From a bacterium (GTDB taxonomy: Bacteria > Patescibacteriota > Doudnabacteria > UBA920 > VMFF01), in assembly GCA_021811585.1 (NCBI GenBank), contig JAJZOG010000005.1:725-64724 (forward strand): 64,000 nt of DNA, written 5' to 3'. Below the pieces are notes generated by a model. The model saw nothing but the letters and a program-made list of their open reading frames with translations, had not been told where the DNA came from and did no database searches. Numbering within the stretch: position 1 is the first letter of the stretch; every line of letters starts with the position of its first letter. This document shows positions 1-9,077 of the stretch, one piece after another. The translations under genes were made by a program, and so were the position numbers.

Positions 1-216
1 GGAAAGGCCGGAAGAGTGCGCCTTATGGGTTGGCGCCCAACAGTCCGAGGCAAAGCCATGAATCCGGTTGACCATCCGCACGGAGGCGGCGAAGGCCACA
101 ACCCTATCGGCATGAAATATCCGAAAACCCCATGGGGCAAGCATGCCCTTGGAGTGAAGACAAGAAATAAGAAAAAAGCATCGAATAAATTTATTGTTAA
201 GCGCCGCATTAAATAA
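1..216 (+). CDS. rplB: 50S ribosomal protein L2, C-terminal part (5' truncated by window)
   Basis: [21 protein letters not shown] signature; precedes S19. Confidence 0.97.
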   Translation, partial: GKAGRVRLMGWRPTVRGKAMNPVDHPHGGGEGHNPIGMKYPKTPWGKHALGVKTRNKKKASNKFIVKRRIK

Positions 217-231
217 TCATTAATTACGACG

Positions 232-564
232 ATGTCCAGATCACTTAAAAAAGGTCCATATGTTGACGAACGGCTTTTAAAAAGAGTCATGTCGGCAAAA
301 TCCGGAGCCAAATTTAAAACTTGGCAAAGGGATTGCACCATTGCTCCCGAAATGGTCGGCTTTACTTTTGAGGTTCATAACGGCAAAACCTTCGTGCAGG
401 TTTATGTTACGGAAAACATGGTTGGCCATAAGCTTGGCGAATTTGCGATAACGCGCAAGTTCATAAGGCACGGCGGCAAGATGGCAAAAGAGCAGGAAGC
501 CGCAGCGGCAGAAGCTGAAAAGCAAAAACTTGCGGCCGCCAAAGAATCAACCGAGAAAAAATGA
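232..564 (+). CDS. rpsS: 30S ribosomal protein S19 with C-terminal extension
   Basis: [12 protein letters not shown]...VHNGK...MVGHKLGEF. Confidence 0.97.
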   Translation: MSRSLKKGPYVDERLLKRVMSAKSGAKFKTWQRDCTIAPEMVGFTFEVHNGKTFVQVYVTENMVGHKLGEFAITRKFIRHGGKMAKEQEAAAAEAEKQKLAAAKESTEKK

Positions 565-568
565 AAAA

Positions 569-677
569 TAGCTGATAGTTAGTAGTTGGTAGTTAATAGT
601 TAATAGTTATGGCGATTTCGCCTACCAACTGCCACCTATTAACTGTCACCTATTAACTACCAACTACTAACTATCAA
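569..677. repeat. Inverted heptamer array (6x TAGTTRR, core GGCGATTTCGCC, 8x CTAYYAH)
   Basis: Left arm 569-610, core 611-622, right arm 622-677; ends 5 nt before rplV ATG. Confidence 0.92.
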
Positions 678-682
678 TTTTT

Positions 683-1267
683 ATGGCTAAGACAACGGCA
701 CAACAGAATATTCCAAGAACAGCGGCAGCCCATGCGCGCTACCTTAGAATTAGCCCGCGCAAAATGCGCTTGGTCACAAATTTGGTTAAGGGCATGTGGG
801 CGCAGGAAGCGCTCGGCCAGCTGCGCTTTACAAATAAGAAAGCGGCAAAATATGTGGCTGATGTCGTTCTCTCCGCAATGGCCAATGCCGAAAACAATTT
901 TAAATTGAAGAAAGAAAATTTGTATATCAAAACCATTACCTGCGACGGCGGGCCCAAGCTGAAAAGATACATGCCGCGCGCGCAGGGCAGGGCCACTGAA
1001 ATTCGCAGGCCAACAAGCCATTTGCATGTTATTCTTGAAGAGCGCACTGGCATGGGCGCTAAAAAGCGCAAGGCCATATTTGCGCAAAGTAAATCCAAGC
1101 CCGAGCTGGCTGTCAAAGAAGAGGGCTTGCCCGAAGCCCAAGGCCAAAAAGCAGCGGCTGAAAAAGGGAAGATACAACATTCGGAAATTCAGAAAACCGG
1201 AAAGCAGATGAAAGAGAGCAAGGCCATGCAAAAGCGAAGATTATTTAACAGGAAGAGCGGAAGTTAG
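683..1267 (+). CDS. rplV: 50S ribosomal protein L22 with long basic C-terminal extension
   Basis: RYLRISPRKMRLV...PRAQGRA...TSHLHVIL. Confidence 0.96.
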   Translation: MAKTTAQQNIPRTAAAHARYLRISPRKMRLVTNLVKGMWAQEALGQLRFTNKKAAKYVADVVLSAMANAENNFKLKKENLYIKTITCDGGPKLKRYMPRAQGRATEIRRPTSHLHVILEERTGMGAKKRKAIFAQSKSKPELAVKEEGLPEAQGQKAAAEKGKIQHSEIQKTGKQMKESKAMQKRRLFNRKSGS

Positions 1268-1307
1268 CCCGCTCCGGCCAGGATCAACATTTTAAACTCT
1301 AATTACA

Positions 1308-2009
1308 ATGGGACATAAAATTTCACCAACAAGCTTGCGTTTGAATATTACAGATACTTGGAAATCCAGGTGGTTTTCGAAGAATAATTTCGCGCGCACT
1401 TTGCAGCAGGATGTCCTTATTCGCGAGTTTTTACTGAAAGAACTGAAAAAAGCGGGAATCGTAAGGATAGACATTGAGCGCCTGAATGACGGCGCGCTCA
1501 CGGTGATCATCAAATCCACAAAGCCGGGCATGATTATAGGAAAATCCGGCGCCGGAATAGAAGATCTTAAAAAGAAGTTAAAGAAGGCCGTCAATTTTAA
1601 AAAGGAAATTAAAATTAACATAGAAGAAGTGCGCGATGTCAATTTGCAGGCAGCTGTTATTGCCCAGAATATTGCGGAATCACTTGAAAAACGGGCGTCG
1701 CACAGGCGGCTTATGAAGCAATCGATAGAGCAGGTTATGAATGCCGGCGCAAAAGGAATAAAAATCGCCATAGGCGGGCGCTTGGGCGGTGCCGATATTG
1801 CGCGCACCGAATGGCTTACCCAGGGCAAACTCCCTTTGCATACTTTAAGGTCAAACATAGATTTTGCCCGCGCCACCGCTTTTACAACTTTCGGCACGAT
1901 TGGAGTGAAGGTCTGGATAAACAAAGGGGAAATTTTTGAAAAGAATGATAAGCGGGAAGAAAGGCCTTTTGCGCGCCCGGGATTTGCATCCAAAGGCCGC
2001 AAGGAATAA
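1308..2009 (+). CDS. rpsC: 30S ribosomal protein S3
   Basis: MGHKISP, KPGMIIGKSG KH motif, PLHTLRSNIDF. Confidence 0.97.
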   Translation: MGHKISPTSLRLNITDTWKSRWFSKNNFARTLQQDVLIREFLLKELKKAGIVRIDIERLNDGALTVIIKSTKPGMIIGKSGAGIEDLKKKLKKAVNFKKEIKINIEEVRDVNLQAAVIAQNIAESLEKRASHRRLMKQSIEQVMNAGAKGIKIAIGGRLGGADIARTEWLTQGKLPLHTLRSNIDFARATAFTTFGTIGVKVWINKGEIFEKNDKREERPFARPGFASKGRKE

Positions 2010-2039
2010 TTTTACAAATCCTATTTTGAATTTATTTAT

Positions 2040-2453
2040 ATGTTAATACCAAAGAAGCTCAAACATCGCAAACATCATCGAGGCCACACCAAAGGCAAAT
2101 CCATGGCAGGCAACAGCATTGCTTTTGGCAGTTTCGCGCTCAAGTCCACTGAAAATTCCTGGCTCACTGCAAAGCAAATAGAAGCGGCGCGGCGCGCAAT
2201 GACAAGGTATATACAGAGGGGCGGAAAAATTTGGATACGCGTTTTTGCGGACAAACCGGTAACCGTGCATGGCAACGAATCCCCGATGGGCACCGGCAAA
2301 GGCGCTGTCGACCACTTTGTGGCAGTTGTGAAGAAAGGCAAAATATTGTTTGAAATGGACGGCGTGGCGGAAATTCTGGCAAAAGAAGCAATGCGCCTGG
2401 CATCTTATAAGCTTCCGGTTAAAACCAAATTTATAACCAAGGACGGGCAATAA
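2040..2453 (+). CDS. rplP: 50S ribosomal protein L16
   Basis: [11 protein letters not shown]...[11 protein letters not shown]...MGTGKG. Confidence 0.97.
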   Translation: MLIPKKLKHRKHHRGHTKGKSMAGNSIAFGSFALKSTENSWLTAKQIEAARRAMTRYIQRGGKIWIRVFADKPVTVHGNESPMGTGKGAVDHFVAVVKKGKILFEMDGVAEILAKEAMRLASYKLPVKTKFITKDGQ

Positions 2454-2454
2454 T

Positions 2455-2649
2455 ATGAAAATTAAGGAACTTAGGTTAAAAACCGATGCCGAACTTAGGA
2501 GCGATCTTGAGATGTTGCGTGAAAAAACCAGGGCAATGCGGTTTAAAATTCTTTCCCAAGAGGCCAAAAATGTGAAAGAGGTCTGGGCTATAAAAAAAGA
2601 TATTGCCAAAATTTTGACGCTTTTGAGGGAGAGGGAATTAGCCAATTAA
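2455..2649 (+). CDS. rpmC: 50S ribosomal protein L29
   Basis: MKIKELR...KKDIAKILT; operon position. Confidence 0.93.
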   Translation: MKIKELRLKTDAELRSDLEMLREKTRAMRFKILSQEAKNVKEVWAIKKDIAKILTLLRERELAN

Positions 2650-2653
2650 TAAT

Positions 2654-2893
2654 ATGGAAAAAATCAGAAGAATAAAAACCGGAATAATTGTTTCGGACAA
2701 GATGGATAAGACCGTTGTTGTGAGGGTTGATAGTGTCAGAATGCATCCGAAATACAAGAAAACCTATAAGGTTTCCAAGAAATTTAAGGCGCACGATGAA
2801 GATAACCGGTTCCACCTCGGAGATAAAGTGGAAATTCAGGAAGTGCGGCCGATCTCGAAAGACAAGCATTTTAAGGTTTTAAGAAAAGTATAA
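2654..2893 (+). CDS. rpsQ: 30S ribosomal protein S17
   Basis: GIIVSDKMDKTVVV...HPKYKK...RPISKDK. Confidence 0.97.
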   Translation: MEKIRRIKTGIIVSDKMDKTVVVRVDSVRMHPKYKKTYKVSKKFKAHDEDNRFHLGDKVEIQEVRPISKDKHFKVLRKV

Positions 2894-2899
2894 TATTAT

Positions 2900-3271
2900 A
2901 TGCTACAAGTACGATCATGGCTTAAAATTGCAGATAACACAGGCGCGAAAATCGTCGGGGTATTTTCCGTGAACGGGAAAAATTCCAACAGGTTTGCGCG
3001 GCTTGGAGATGTGGTTGCCTGCTCGGTGAAAGAAGCGGCTCCAAAGGGCCAAGTGAAAAAAGGCGATAAAGTTTATGCCGTGATAGTGCGCACGCGCAAA
3101 GAAGTGCGCAGAAAAGACGGCTCTTACATCCGTTTCGACGATAATGCCGGGGTTTTGGTGGATAAAAACAGCTTGGAGCCAAAAGGCACGCGCATTTTCG
3201 GGCCGATTCCAAGAGAGCTTCGCGACAAGGGTTTCACAAAAATTATCAGTTTGGCGCCGGAGGTTATTTAA
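2900..3271 (+). CDS. rplN: 50S ribosomal protein L14
   Basis: ADNTGAK...IRFDDNA...GTRIFGP...SLAPEV. Confidence 0.97.
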   Translation: MLQVRSWLKIADNTGAKIVGVFSVNGKNSNRFARLGDVVACSVKEAAPKGQVKKGDKVYAVIVRTRKEVRRKDGSYIRFDDNAGVLVDKNSLEPKGTRIFGPIPRELRDKGFTKIISLAPEVI

Positions 3272-3305
3272 ATGCTTGATTCCAATTTCGAAATTATATA
3301 AGTTT

Positions 3306-3632
3306 ATGAACAATCTAAATTTTAAAAAAGGCGATACGGTTTCAGTTTTGCAGGGCAAAGACAAAGGCAAAACAGGAAAGATAATTGAAGTTGACCGCAA
3401 AAACAGAAAAGTTGTTGTGGAAGGTCTGAACATCCATCACAAATTTAAAAAAGCGACAATCGGCACAACAGGAACCCAGGCAGGGCAGAAGATTTCTTTT
3501 CCGGCTCCAATGCTTTGTTCGAAGCTGATCTTGCTCTGCCCCAGCTGCAATAAGCCAACCAGAGTGGCGCATAATTTTTTGGAAAACGGCGCCAAGCAGA
3601 GAATTTGCAAAAAATGCGGAAAGGCGATATAA
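3306..3632 (+). CDS. rplX: 50S ribosomal protein L24 (start moved to ATG 3306)
   Basis: KKGDTVSVLQGKDKGKTG KOW motif; CxxC pairs near C-terminus. Confidence 0.95.
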   Translation: MNNLNFKKGDTVSVLQGKDKGKTGKIIEVDRKNRKVVVEGLNIHHKFKKATIGTTGTQAGQKISFPAPMLCSKLILLCPSCNKPTRVAHNFLENGAKQRICKKCGKAI

Positions 3633-3636
3633 AACC

Positions 3637-4176
3637 ATGCAACGACTTAAAGAAAAATATCATAAGGAAGTAAGGCCTGCGCTTAAAAAGAAATTTGCTT
3701 TGGAAAATTCCATGGCAGTGCCGAAAGTGCTTAAGGTGGTTATTAATGCCGGCGTTGGCAAAACTTTGAAAGACCCCAAATATTTGGATGCGATTATCGC
3801 AGATTTAAAAACCATTACCGGCCAGCAGCCCGTTAAGACCATTGCACGCAAATCAATCGCCGGGTTTAAGATCCGCGAAGGGCAAGTTATTGGCGTAACA
3901 GTTACCTTGCGCGGGCAAAGAATGTACGATTTCCTGGATAAGCTTGTGAATATTACCCTTCCGCGCGTACGCGATTTCCGAGGCATCAGCGCAAAGGGTT
4001 TTGACGGCCGCGGCAATTATAATCTCGGCATTAAGGAACAGCTTGTTTTTCCGGAAATTTCCGAAGAAAGCATTGAGCATACGTTTGGATTTGAGATTTC
4101 CGTTGCCACAAATGCTGGCAACAATGAAAGAGGCAAAGAACTCTTAAAATCCCTGGGCTTTCCTTTTGCCGATTAA
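3637..4176 (+). CDS. rplE: 50S ribosomal protein L5
   Basis: ITGQQP...SIAGFKIREG...LPRVRDFRG. Confidence 0.97.
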   Translation: MQRLKEKYHKEVRPALKKKFALENSMAVPKVLKVVINAGVGKTLKDPKYLDAIIADLKTITGQQPVKTIARKSIAGFKIREGQVIGVTVTLRGQRMYDFLDKLVNITLPRVRDFRGISAKGFDGRGNYNLGIKEQLVFPEISEESIEHTFGFEISVATNAGNNERGKELLKSLGFPFAD

Positions 4177-4195
4177 CCCCAATGCCTGTTTCCAA

Positions 4196-4307
4196 CTCCC
4201 AACTCCCACCTATCAACTCCCAACTCCCAACTACTATCTACCAACTATTATCTACCAACTACCAACTACCAACTACTAACTACTAACTATCAATCACTAA
4301 CCACCAA
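4196..4307. repeat. C-rich heptamer array (~16 units CTAYYAA/CTCCCAA)
   Basis: Fills rplE-rpsH spacer; ends 3 nt before ATG. Confidence 0.92.
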
Positions 4308-4310
4308 TTT

Positions 4311-4706
4311 ATGTTTACCGATCCAATTTCAGACATGTTAACAAGAATACGAAATGCGGCAGCTGCCAAAAAAGCAGAGGCAATTATGCCGTATTCCAAG
4401 CTGAAGCACGGCCTCGCGGACATCATGCTCGAAGAGGGTTATATTTCCGGAGTGGCTGTGCGCGAAAGCGGCTCGTTTAAGCAATTGGAGGTAAAGCTAA
4501 AGTATGATAAAGACGGAGGTGCGATTATAATGGGCATAAAGAGAATCAGTAAGCCGGGGCAGAGAATTTACGTTCCGGTTTCTGAAATCCCAAAATCAAA
4601 CGGAGGGCTTGGCATAACAATACTCTCCACTTCAAAGGGATTGATGACAGACCGCAAAGCCCGTAAGGAAAAGTATGGCGGCGAAGTAATTTGCCAATTA
4701 TGGTAA
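4311..4706 (+). CDS. rpsH: 30S ribosomal protein S8
   Basis: TDPISDMLTRIRNA...RISKPGQRIY...GGEVIC. Confidence 0.97.
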   Translation: MFTDPISDMLTRIRNAAAAKKAEAIMPYSKLKHGLADIMLEEGYISGVAVRESGSFKQLEVKLKYDKDGGAIIMGIKRISKPGQRIYVPVSEIPKSNGGLGITILSTSKGLMTDRKARKEKYGGEVICQLW

Positions 4707-4712
4707 CCTTAA

Positions 4713-4801
4713 CTCTTAATTCCCACCTACCAACTTCCAACTACCAACTATCATCTGCCAACTATCATCTATCAACTACCATCTATTAACTACCAACTAA
4801 C
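4713..4801. repeat. C-rich heptamer array (~12 units)
   Basis: CTACCAA/CTATCAT/CTGCCAA units filling rpsH-rpsN spacer up to ATG. Confidence 0.92.
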
Positions 4802-4996
4802 ATGGCCAAGAAATCATTAATTGCAAAAGCGAAAAGATCGCGGATCAACCCCAAATTTAAGACCAGGGTTGTCAGGCGGTGCTGGAAATGCGGCCGCAAT
4901 CGCGGCTATATGCGCGATTTCGATTTGTGCAGAATTTGTTTCCGCGAGCTTGCTTCCAAAGGAGAAATCCCTGGAATTGTGAAATCGTCCTGGTAA
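4802..4996 (+). CDS. rpsN: 30S ribosomal protein S14, zinc-binding type
   Basis: MAKKSL...RCWKCGR...LCRICFRE...IPGIVKSSW. Confidence 0.96.
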   Translation: MAKKSLIAKAKRSRINPKFKTRVVRRCWKCGRNRGYMRDFDLCRICFRELASKGEIPGIVKSSW

Positions 4997-5018
4997 ATTA
5001 ACGATAGTTTTTAAACAT

Positions 5019-5570
5019 ATGTCAAGAATTGGAAAAAAAATTGTTGTTCTCCCAAGCGGCGTGAAGGCCGAACTCAAGGATTTATCATTGGTTGTCACAG
5101 GGCCCAAAGGCAGCGTGGCGGTTTTGGTGCATCCGAAAGTTCATGTAAACATTGCCGAAAAGCAAATCACAGTGGATGTTGAGCATACGGAAAACAAACT
5201 GGAGAAATCCTTGTGGGGATTAACCCGTTCGCTTATTGCCAATGCCGTTCTAGGCGCGACTTCCGGGTTTGAAAAAAAATTGGAAATCAACGGCGTGGGT
5301 TTTCGCGGCGCAGTGGCAGGCGATAAAATTACATTAAGTTTGGGTTTTTCGCATCCAGTTGAAGTTCGGGTGCCAAAAGGCATTACCGCGGCCATAGAAA
5401 AAAATATCATCACCATCAGCGGAATAGACAAGCAGCTTGTGGGTGAATTTGCCGCCAAGATCCGCGGATTAAAAAAGCCGGAACCGTATAAAGGCAAGGG
5501 CATAAAATATATTGATGAAACCATTAGGCGCAAAGCCGGGAAAGTAATGAAAGCGGTTGGCGGCAAATAG
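5019..5570 (+). CDS. rplF: 50S ribosomal protein L6
   Basis: MSRIGKK...PEPYKGKGIKY. Confidence 0.97.
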   Translation: MSRIGKKIVVLPSGVKAELKDLSLVVTGPKGSVAVLVHPKVHVNIAEKQITVDVEHTENKLEKSLWGLTRSLIANAVLGATSGFEKKLEINGVGFRGAVAGDKITLSLGFSHPVEVRVPKGITAAIEKNIITISGIDKQLVGEFAAKIRGLKKPEPYKGKGIKYIDETIRRKAGKVMKAVGGK

Positions 5571-5573
5571 GCA

Positions 5574-5719
5574 ATCAACTACCATCTATCACCTACTAAG
5601 TCCTAACTACCATCTATCAACTACCAACTACCATATACCAACTACCGCCGCTCACCAACTATTAACTACCATCTATCAACCCCCAACTATCAACTACCAT
5701 CTACCAATTATCAACTACT
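5574..5719. repeat. C-rich heptamer array (~20 units, one interruption)
   Basis: CTACCAA/CTATCAA/CTACCAT units running directly into rplR ATG. Confidence 0.92.
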
Positions 5720-6082
5720 ATGAACAATTTGAAGAAAAAAAATCAGAAAAAGCAAAGAAGGCACGCAAGGGTGCGTTCCAAGATATTCGGGACGTCGGCG
5801 TGTCCGCGCCTTGCGGTTTTCCGCGCGAACCAGCACATTTACGCGCAAATAATTGATGATCAAATCGGAAAAACCTTGGTTTCCGCGTCAAGCGCAGAGT
5901 TGAAAGCCGGCGCCAAGCAGACCAAGAAAACTGAAAAATCGGCGCAGGTGGGCGAACTGGTTGCCAAAAAAGCATTGGAAAAAAATATTTCCGAAGTTGT
6001 TTTTGACAGGGGCGGTTATCAGTATCATGGCAGGGTAAAAGCATTGGCAGAAGCCGCCAGGTCAGCGGGATTGAAATTTTAA
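5720..6082 (+). CDS. rplR: 50S ribosomal protein L18
   Basis: PRLAVFR...HIYAQIIDD...[14 protein letters not shown]. Confidence 0.97.
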   Translation: MNNLKKKNQKKQRRHARVRSKIFGTSACPRLAVFRANQHIYAQIIDDQIGKTLVSASSAELKAGAKQTKKTEKSAQVGELVAKKALEKNISEVVFDRGGYQYHGRVKALAEAARSAGLKF

Positions 6083-6100
6083 TATAATTTTAAGAATTTT

Positions 6101-6607
6101 ATGATAAGAAGAGAACATAAAGGTGAAAGAGGCCAGCGGGAAGGTGCAAGACGCGATTTTGACCAGAAAGTGATTGAAATCAAGCGCGTGACCCGCGTTG
6201 TTGCCGGCGGCAAAAGAATGCGCTTCCGCGCCCTGGTTGTTATTGGGGACAGGCGCGGCAAAGTCGGCATGGGTTTGCGTAAAGGCACTGATGTTTCGGA
6301 AGCCGTGAACAAAGCAGTGAATGCCGCGAAAAAGAGCATGGTTGTCGTGCCTTTGCAAAATGATACTATCCCGCATAAAGTACATATGAAATACAAATCC
6401 AGCAGGATTCTGCTTTTGCCGGCTGCACCCGGGACAGGAATTATTGCCGGCGGGGCTTTGCGCGGCGTTTTGGAGCTTGCGGGTGTAAAAAATATCCTCA
6501 GCAAAATGCAGGGATCATCCAATAAGGTGAATAATGTCAAGGCGCTTTTTACGGCATTCGGTAAAATGAAAAGCGTCGCTGAAATTAAAGAAAGATTAAA
6601 AGCATGA
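6101..6607 (+). CDS. rpsE: 30S ribosomal protein S5
   Basis: RVTRVVAGGKRMRFRALVVIGD...PGTGIIAGG. Confidence 0.97.
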   Translation: MIRREHKGERGQREGARRDFDQKVIEIKRVTRVVAGGKRMRFRALVVIGDRRGKVGMGLRKGTDVSEAVNKAVNAAKKSMVVVPLQNDTIPHKVHMKYKSSRILLLPAAPGTGIIAGGALRGVLELAGVKNILSKMQGSSNKVNNVKALFTAFGKMKSVAEIKERLKA

Positions 6608-7035
6608 TAAAATTGCACGGATTAAAAGTTTATAAAGGGTCGCGCAAGCGCAGAAAAGTGGTTGGCAGGGGCTTGGGCTCGGGCCATGGCACTTTCTCCA
6701 CGCGCGGCATCAAGGGCCAGCGCGCGCGCAAAAGCGGCAATTCCAGGCCCGGCTTTGAAGGCGGCAGGCAGCCGCTTATTCGCCAAATGCCGAAACTGCG
6801 GGGATTTAAAAGTCCTCATCCAAAAGCCGCGACAATTTTGCTGTCCCAGTTGAATAAATTTTCGGACGGCGAAGTGGTGAATATTGAATCGTTGCTGAAA
6901 AAAAATATTATCAGGCAAAAAGGTCCTGTTAAAATTTTGGCAGGCGGCGAAATCAAGCGCAAACTCGAAATTCAGGTGCCTGCTTCCGCGGGCGCAAAAG
7001 CCGCGATAGAAAAAGCCGGCGGCAAACTCTCATGA
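6604..7035 (+). CDS. rplO: 50S ribosomal protein L15
   Basis: GRGLGSGHG...KGQRAR...GFEGGRQPL; overlaps rpsE stop (no rpmD between). Confidence 0.96.
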   Translation: MIKLHGLKVYKGSRKRRKVVGRGLGSGHGTFSTRGIKGQRARKSGNSRPGFEGGRQPLIRQMPKLRGFKSPHPKAATILLSQLNKFSDGEVVNIESLLKKNIIRQKGPVKILAGGEIKRKLEIQVPASAGAKAAIEKAGGKLS

Positions 7036-8324
7036 ACAAAATCGCTTTAATTTGGAAGACAAAAGGCCTTCGCAATAAAATATTGATTATGGTGGGTCTT
7101 TTGGTTTTGACCAGAATTTTAGCGCATATCCCGATTCCGGGAGTGAATATTGCGAATCTGCGCAACTTTTTCAACCAGAACGCTTTTGCCAACCTCTTGG
7201 ACATTTTTTCCGGCGGCGGGCTTTCCAACCTTTCCATTGCAATGATCGGCGTTGCCCCGTATATCACCTCTTCAATTATTATCCAGCTCCTTACGGTTAT
7301 TGTGCCGCGCTTCCAGGAAATGCAAAAAGAAGAAGGCGAAGCCGGCCGGGAGAAGCTCAACCAATATACGCGCTACCTGACGATTCCTTTGGCTGCATTG
7401 CAGGCCTTTGGAACCATCCGCCTATTGCAGTCCGGCACATTGGGTTCGGGCGCCGGCGCGCTTGGCGCATTTACGCCTTTCCAATGGTTCACTACAATTT
7501 TTGCCGTCACCACGGGCACCATGGTGATGATGTGGCTTGGCGAGCTTATTACCGAATATGGAATCGGCAACGGCATTTCTCTTATAATTTTTGCGGGAAT
7601 AATTTCCCGTTTGCCGCAGGCGCTGGATCAAATTCGCCTTTTGTATTTTACCCCGTATGATCCTTCCAAATTGCCAACCCTGCTCGGATTCGCGGCCCTG
7701 GCTTTAATCACCATTGTCGGCGTTGTTGTTGTTACCGAGGCGCAGCGTAATATACCCGTTTCTTACGCTAAAAAAGTGCAGGGCACAAAAACTTACGGCG
7801 GCATTGATACGCATTTGCCTTTGCGCGTAAACCAGGCAGGCGTTATGCCTATCATTTTTGCTATCTCGGTAATGCTTTTCCCGACATTTATCGGCAATTT
7901 TTTGCTTAGCGCAAGATCGGCCAAGCTGGCGCATTTCGCGCAAAGCACTGTGACGCTTTTCCAAAACCAGACCTTCTACGCGACGCTCTATTTTATTCTC
8001 GTTGTTTTATTCACTTATTTTTATACTGCGGTTGTTTTTAACCCAGAAGATATTTCGGAAAATATCCAGAAGAACGGCGGATTTATTCCCGGCATTCGCC
8101 CGGGCAGGCAGACCATAGAATTTCTTTACAGGATTTTGAACCGCATAACCACGTTCGGCGCCGTCTTCCTGGCAGTCATAGCTGTCCTGCCGTTTTTAAT
8201 GACAAAGGCATTCGGCAATTCCCAGGCGTTGAGCATCGGAGGCACCGGTCTTCTGATTGTGGTGGCTGTTGTGATTGAAACCATAAAAATCATCGAAGCG
8301 CAGATGATTGATTACCAGGCATAG
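7032..8324 (+). CDS. secY: Preprotein translocase subunit SecY
   Basis: Multiple TM segments, GIGNGISL, AGVMPIIFA, FIPGIRPG. Confidence 0.97.
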   Translation: MNKIALIWKTKGLRNKILIMVGLLVLTRILAHIPIPGVNIANLRNFFNQNAFANLLDIFSGGGLSNLSIAMIGVAPYITSSIIIQLLTVIVPRFQEMQKEEGEAGREKLNQYTRYLTIPLAALQAFGTIRLLQSGTLGSGAGALGAFTPFQWFTTIFAVTTGTMVMMWLGELITEYGIGNGISLIIFAGIISRLPQALDQIRLLYFTPYDPSKLPTLLGFAALALITIVGVVVVTEAQRNIPVSYAKKVQGTKTYGGIDTHLPLRVNQAGVMPIIFAISVMLFPTFIGNFLLSARSAKLAHFAQSTVTLFQNQTFYATLYFILVVLFTYFYTAVVFNPEDISENIQKNGGFIPGIRPGRQTIEFLYRILNRITTFGAVFLAVIAVLPFLMTKAFGNSQALSIGGTGLLIVVAVVIETIKIIEAQMIDYQA

Positions 8325-8402
8325 GCGCTAAAAATTTTTTATGTTAAAATGGATTGAGAGCAGGAAATTTCCCGCTCGCATTATTTTTTAAATATTCGAT
8401 CC

Positions 8403-9077
8403 ATGTTCAAATACCAAGCAATTATTTTTATCGGTCCGCAAGGTTCCGGGAAAGGAACCCAAGCCCGGCTGTTGATACCGAAAATAAGCGCAGAGTACGT
8501 GGAAATGGGCTATGTTTTGCGCACGATTGCGGCAAGCGGGACGGCATTCGGCGACCAAATCAAGCAAACCATTGATGGCGGCAACCTTGTTTCGGACAAG
8601 ATTTTGGAAAAAATAATTACCGAGAAGCTTGCGACACTCTCGCCGGACGCCCCGGTAATTTTTGACGGCGTGCCAAGGATGCTCCATCAGGCGGAATTTT
8701 TGATCGCGGATTTAAAACGCCTTGGCCGCGGCGCAATCGCAACTATTTTTATAGATCTTCCGCGAGACGCGGGCATTCAAAGAATCTTGACGCGTTTTTC
8801 ATGCCAAAACTGCAAAGCCCCGAAAACTTATGCCGGAGACGACGCCGCCGCGTGCGCGCGTTGCGGCGGCGTGATGGTGCGCAGAGTTGACGATTCCAGC
8901 GAGGAAGCTGTGGAGCGGCGCCTGGATACTTACGAGAGGGAAACTTTGCCTGTTTTGGATTATCTGAAAACAACAACGGATTTTTTCACCATCGACGGCA
9001 GGCCTTCTGTGCCTGAGGTTGAAAAGCAAATAGATAATTGCCTGGAGATAGAGCATGCCAAAACGCCGAGCAATTAA
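8403..9077 (+). CDS. adk: Adenylate kinase (long Cys4 LID)
   Basis: P-loop GPQGSGKGT, FDGVPR, CQNC...CARC, RRVDD; follows secY. Confidence 0.88.
   Translation: MFKYQAIIFIGPQGSGKGTQARLLIPKISAEYVEMGYVLRTIAASGTAFGDQIKQTIDGGNLVSDKILEKIITEKLATLSPDAPVIFDGVPRMLHQAEFLIADLKRLGRGAIATIFIDLPRDAGIQRILTRFSCQNCKAPKTYAGDDAAACARCGGVMVRRVDDSSEEAVERRLDTYERETLPVLDYLKTTTDFFTIDGRPSVPEVEKQIDNCLEIEHAKTPSN

Noticed and set aside
4196-5719. Heptamer arrays as CRISPR arrays
   Set aside because: Units are 7 bp and contiguous with no unique spacers; no cas genes in the window.
5557-5856. 99-aa ORF with TTNYH/YHLP repeats (also 44137-44397, 4031-4216, 54757-55086)
   Set aside because: Translation artefacts of the heptamer arrays, overlapping real genes.
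6604-6607. Absence of rpmD (L30) between rpsE and rplO
   Set aside because: Real, but a known CPR trait; used only as a taxonomic hint.
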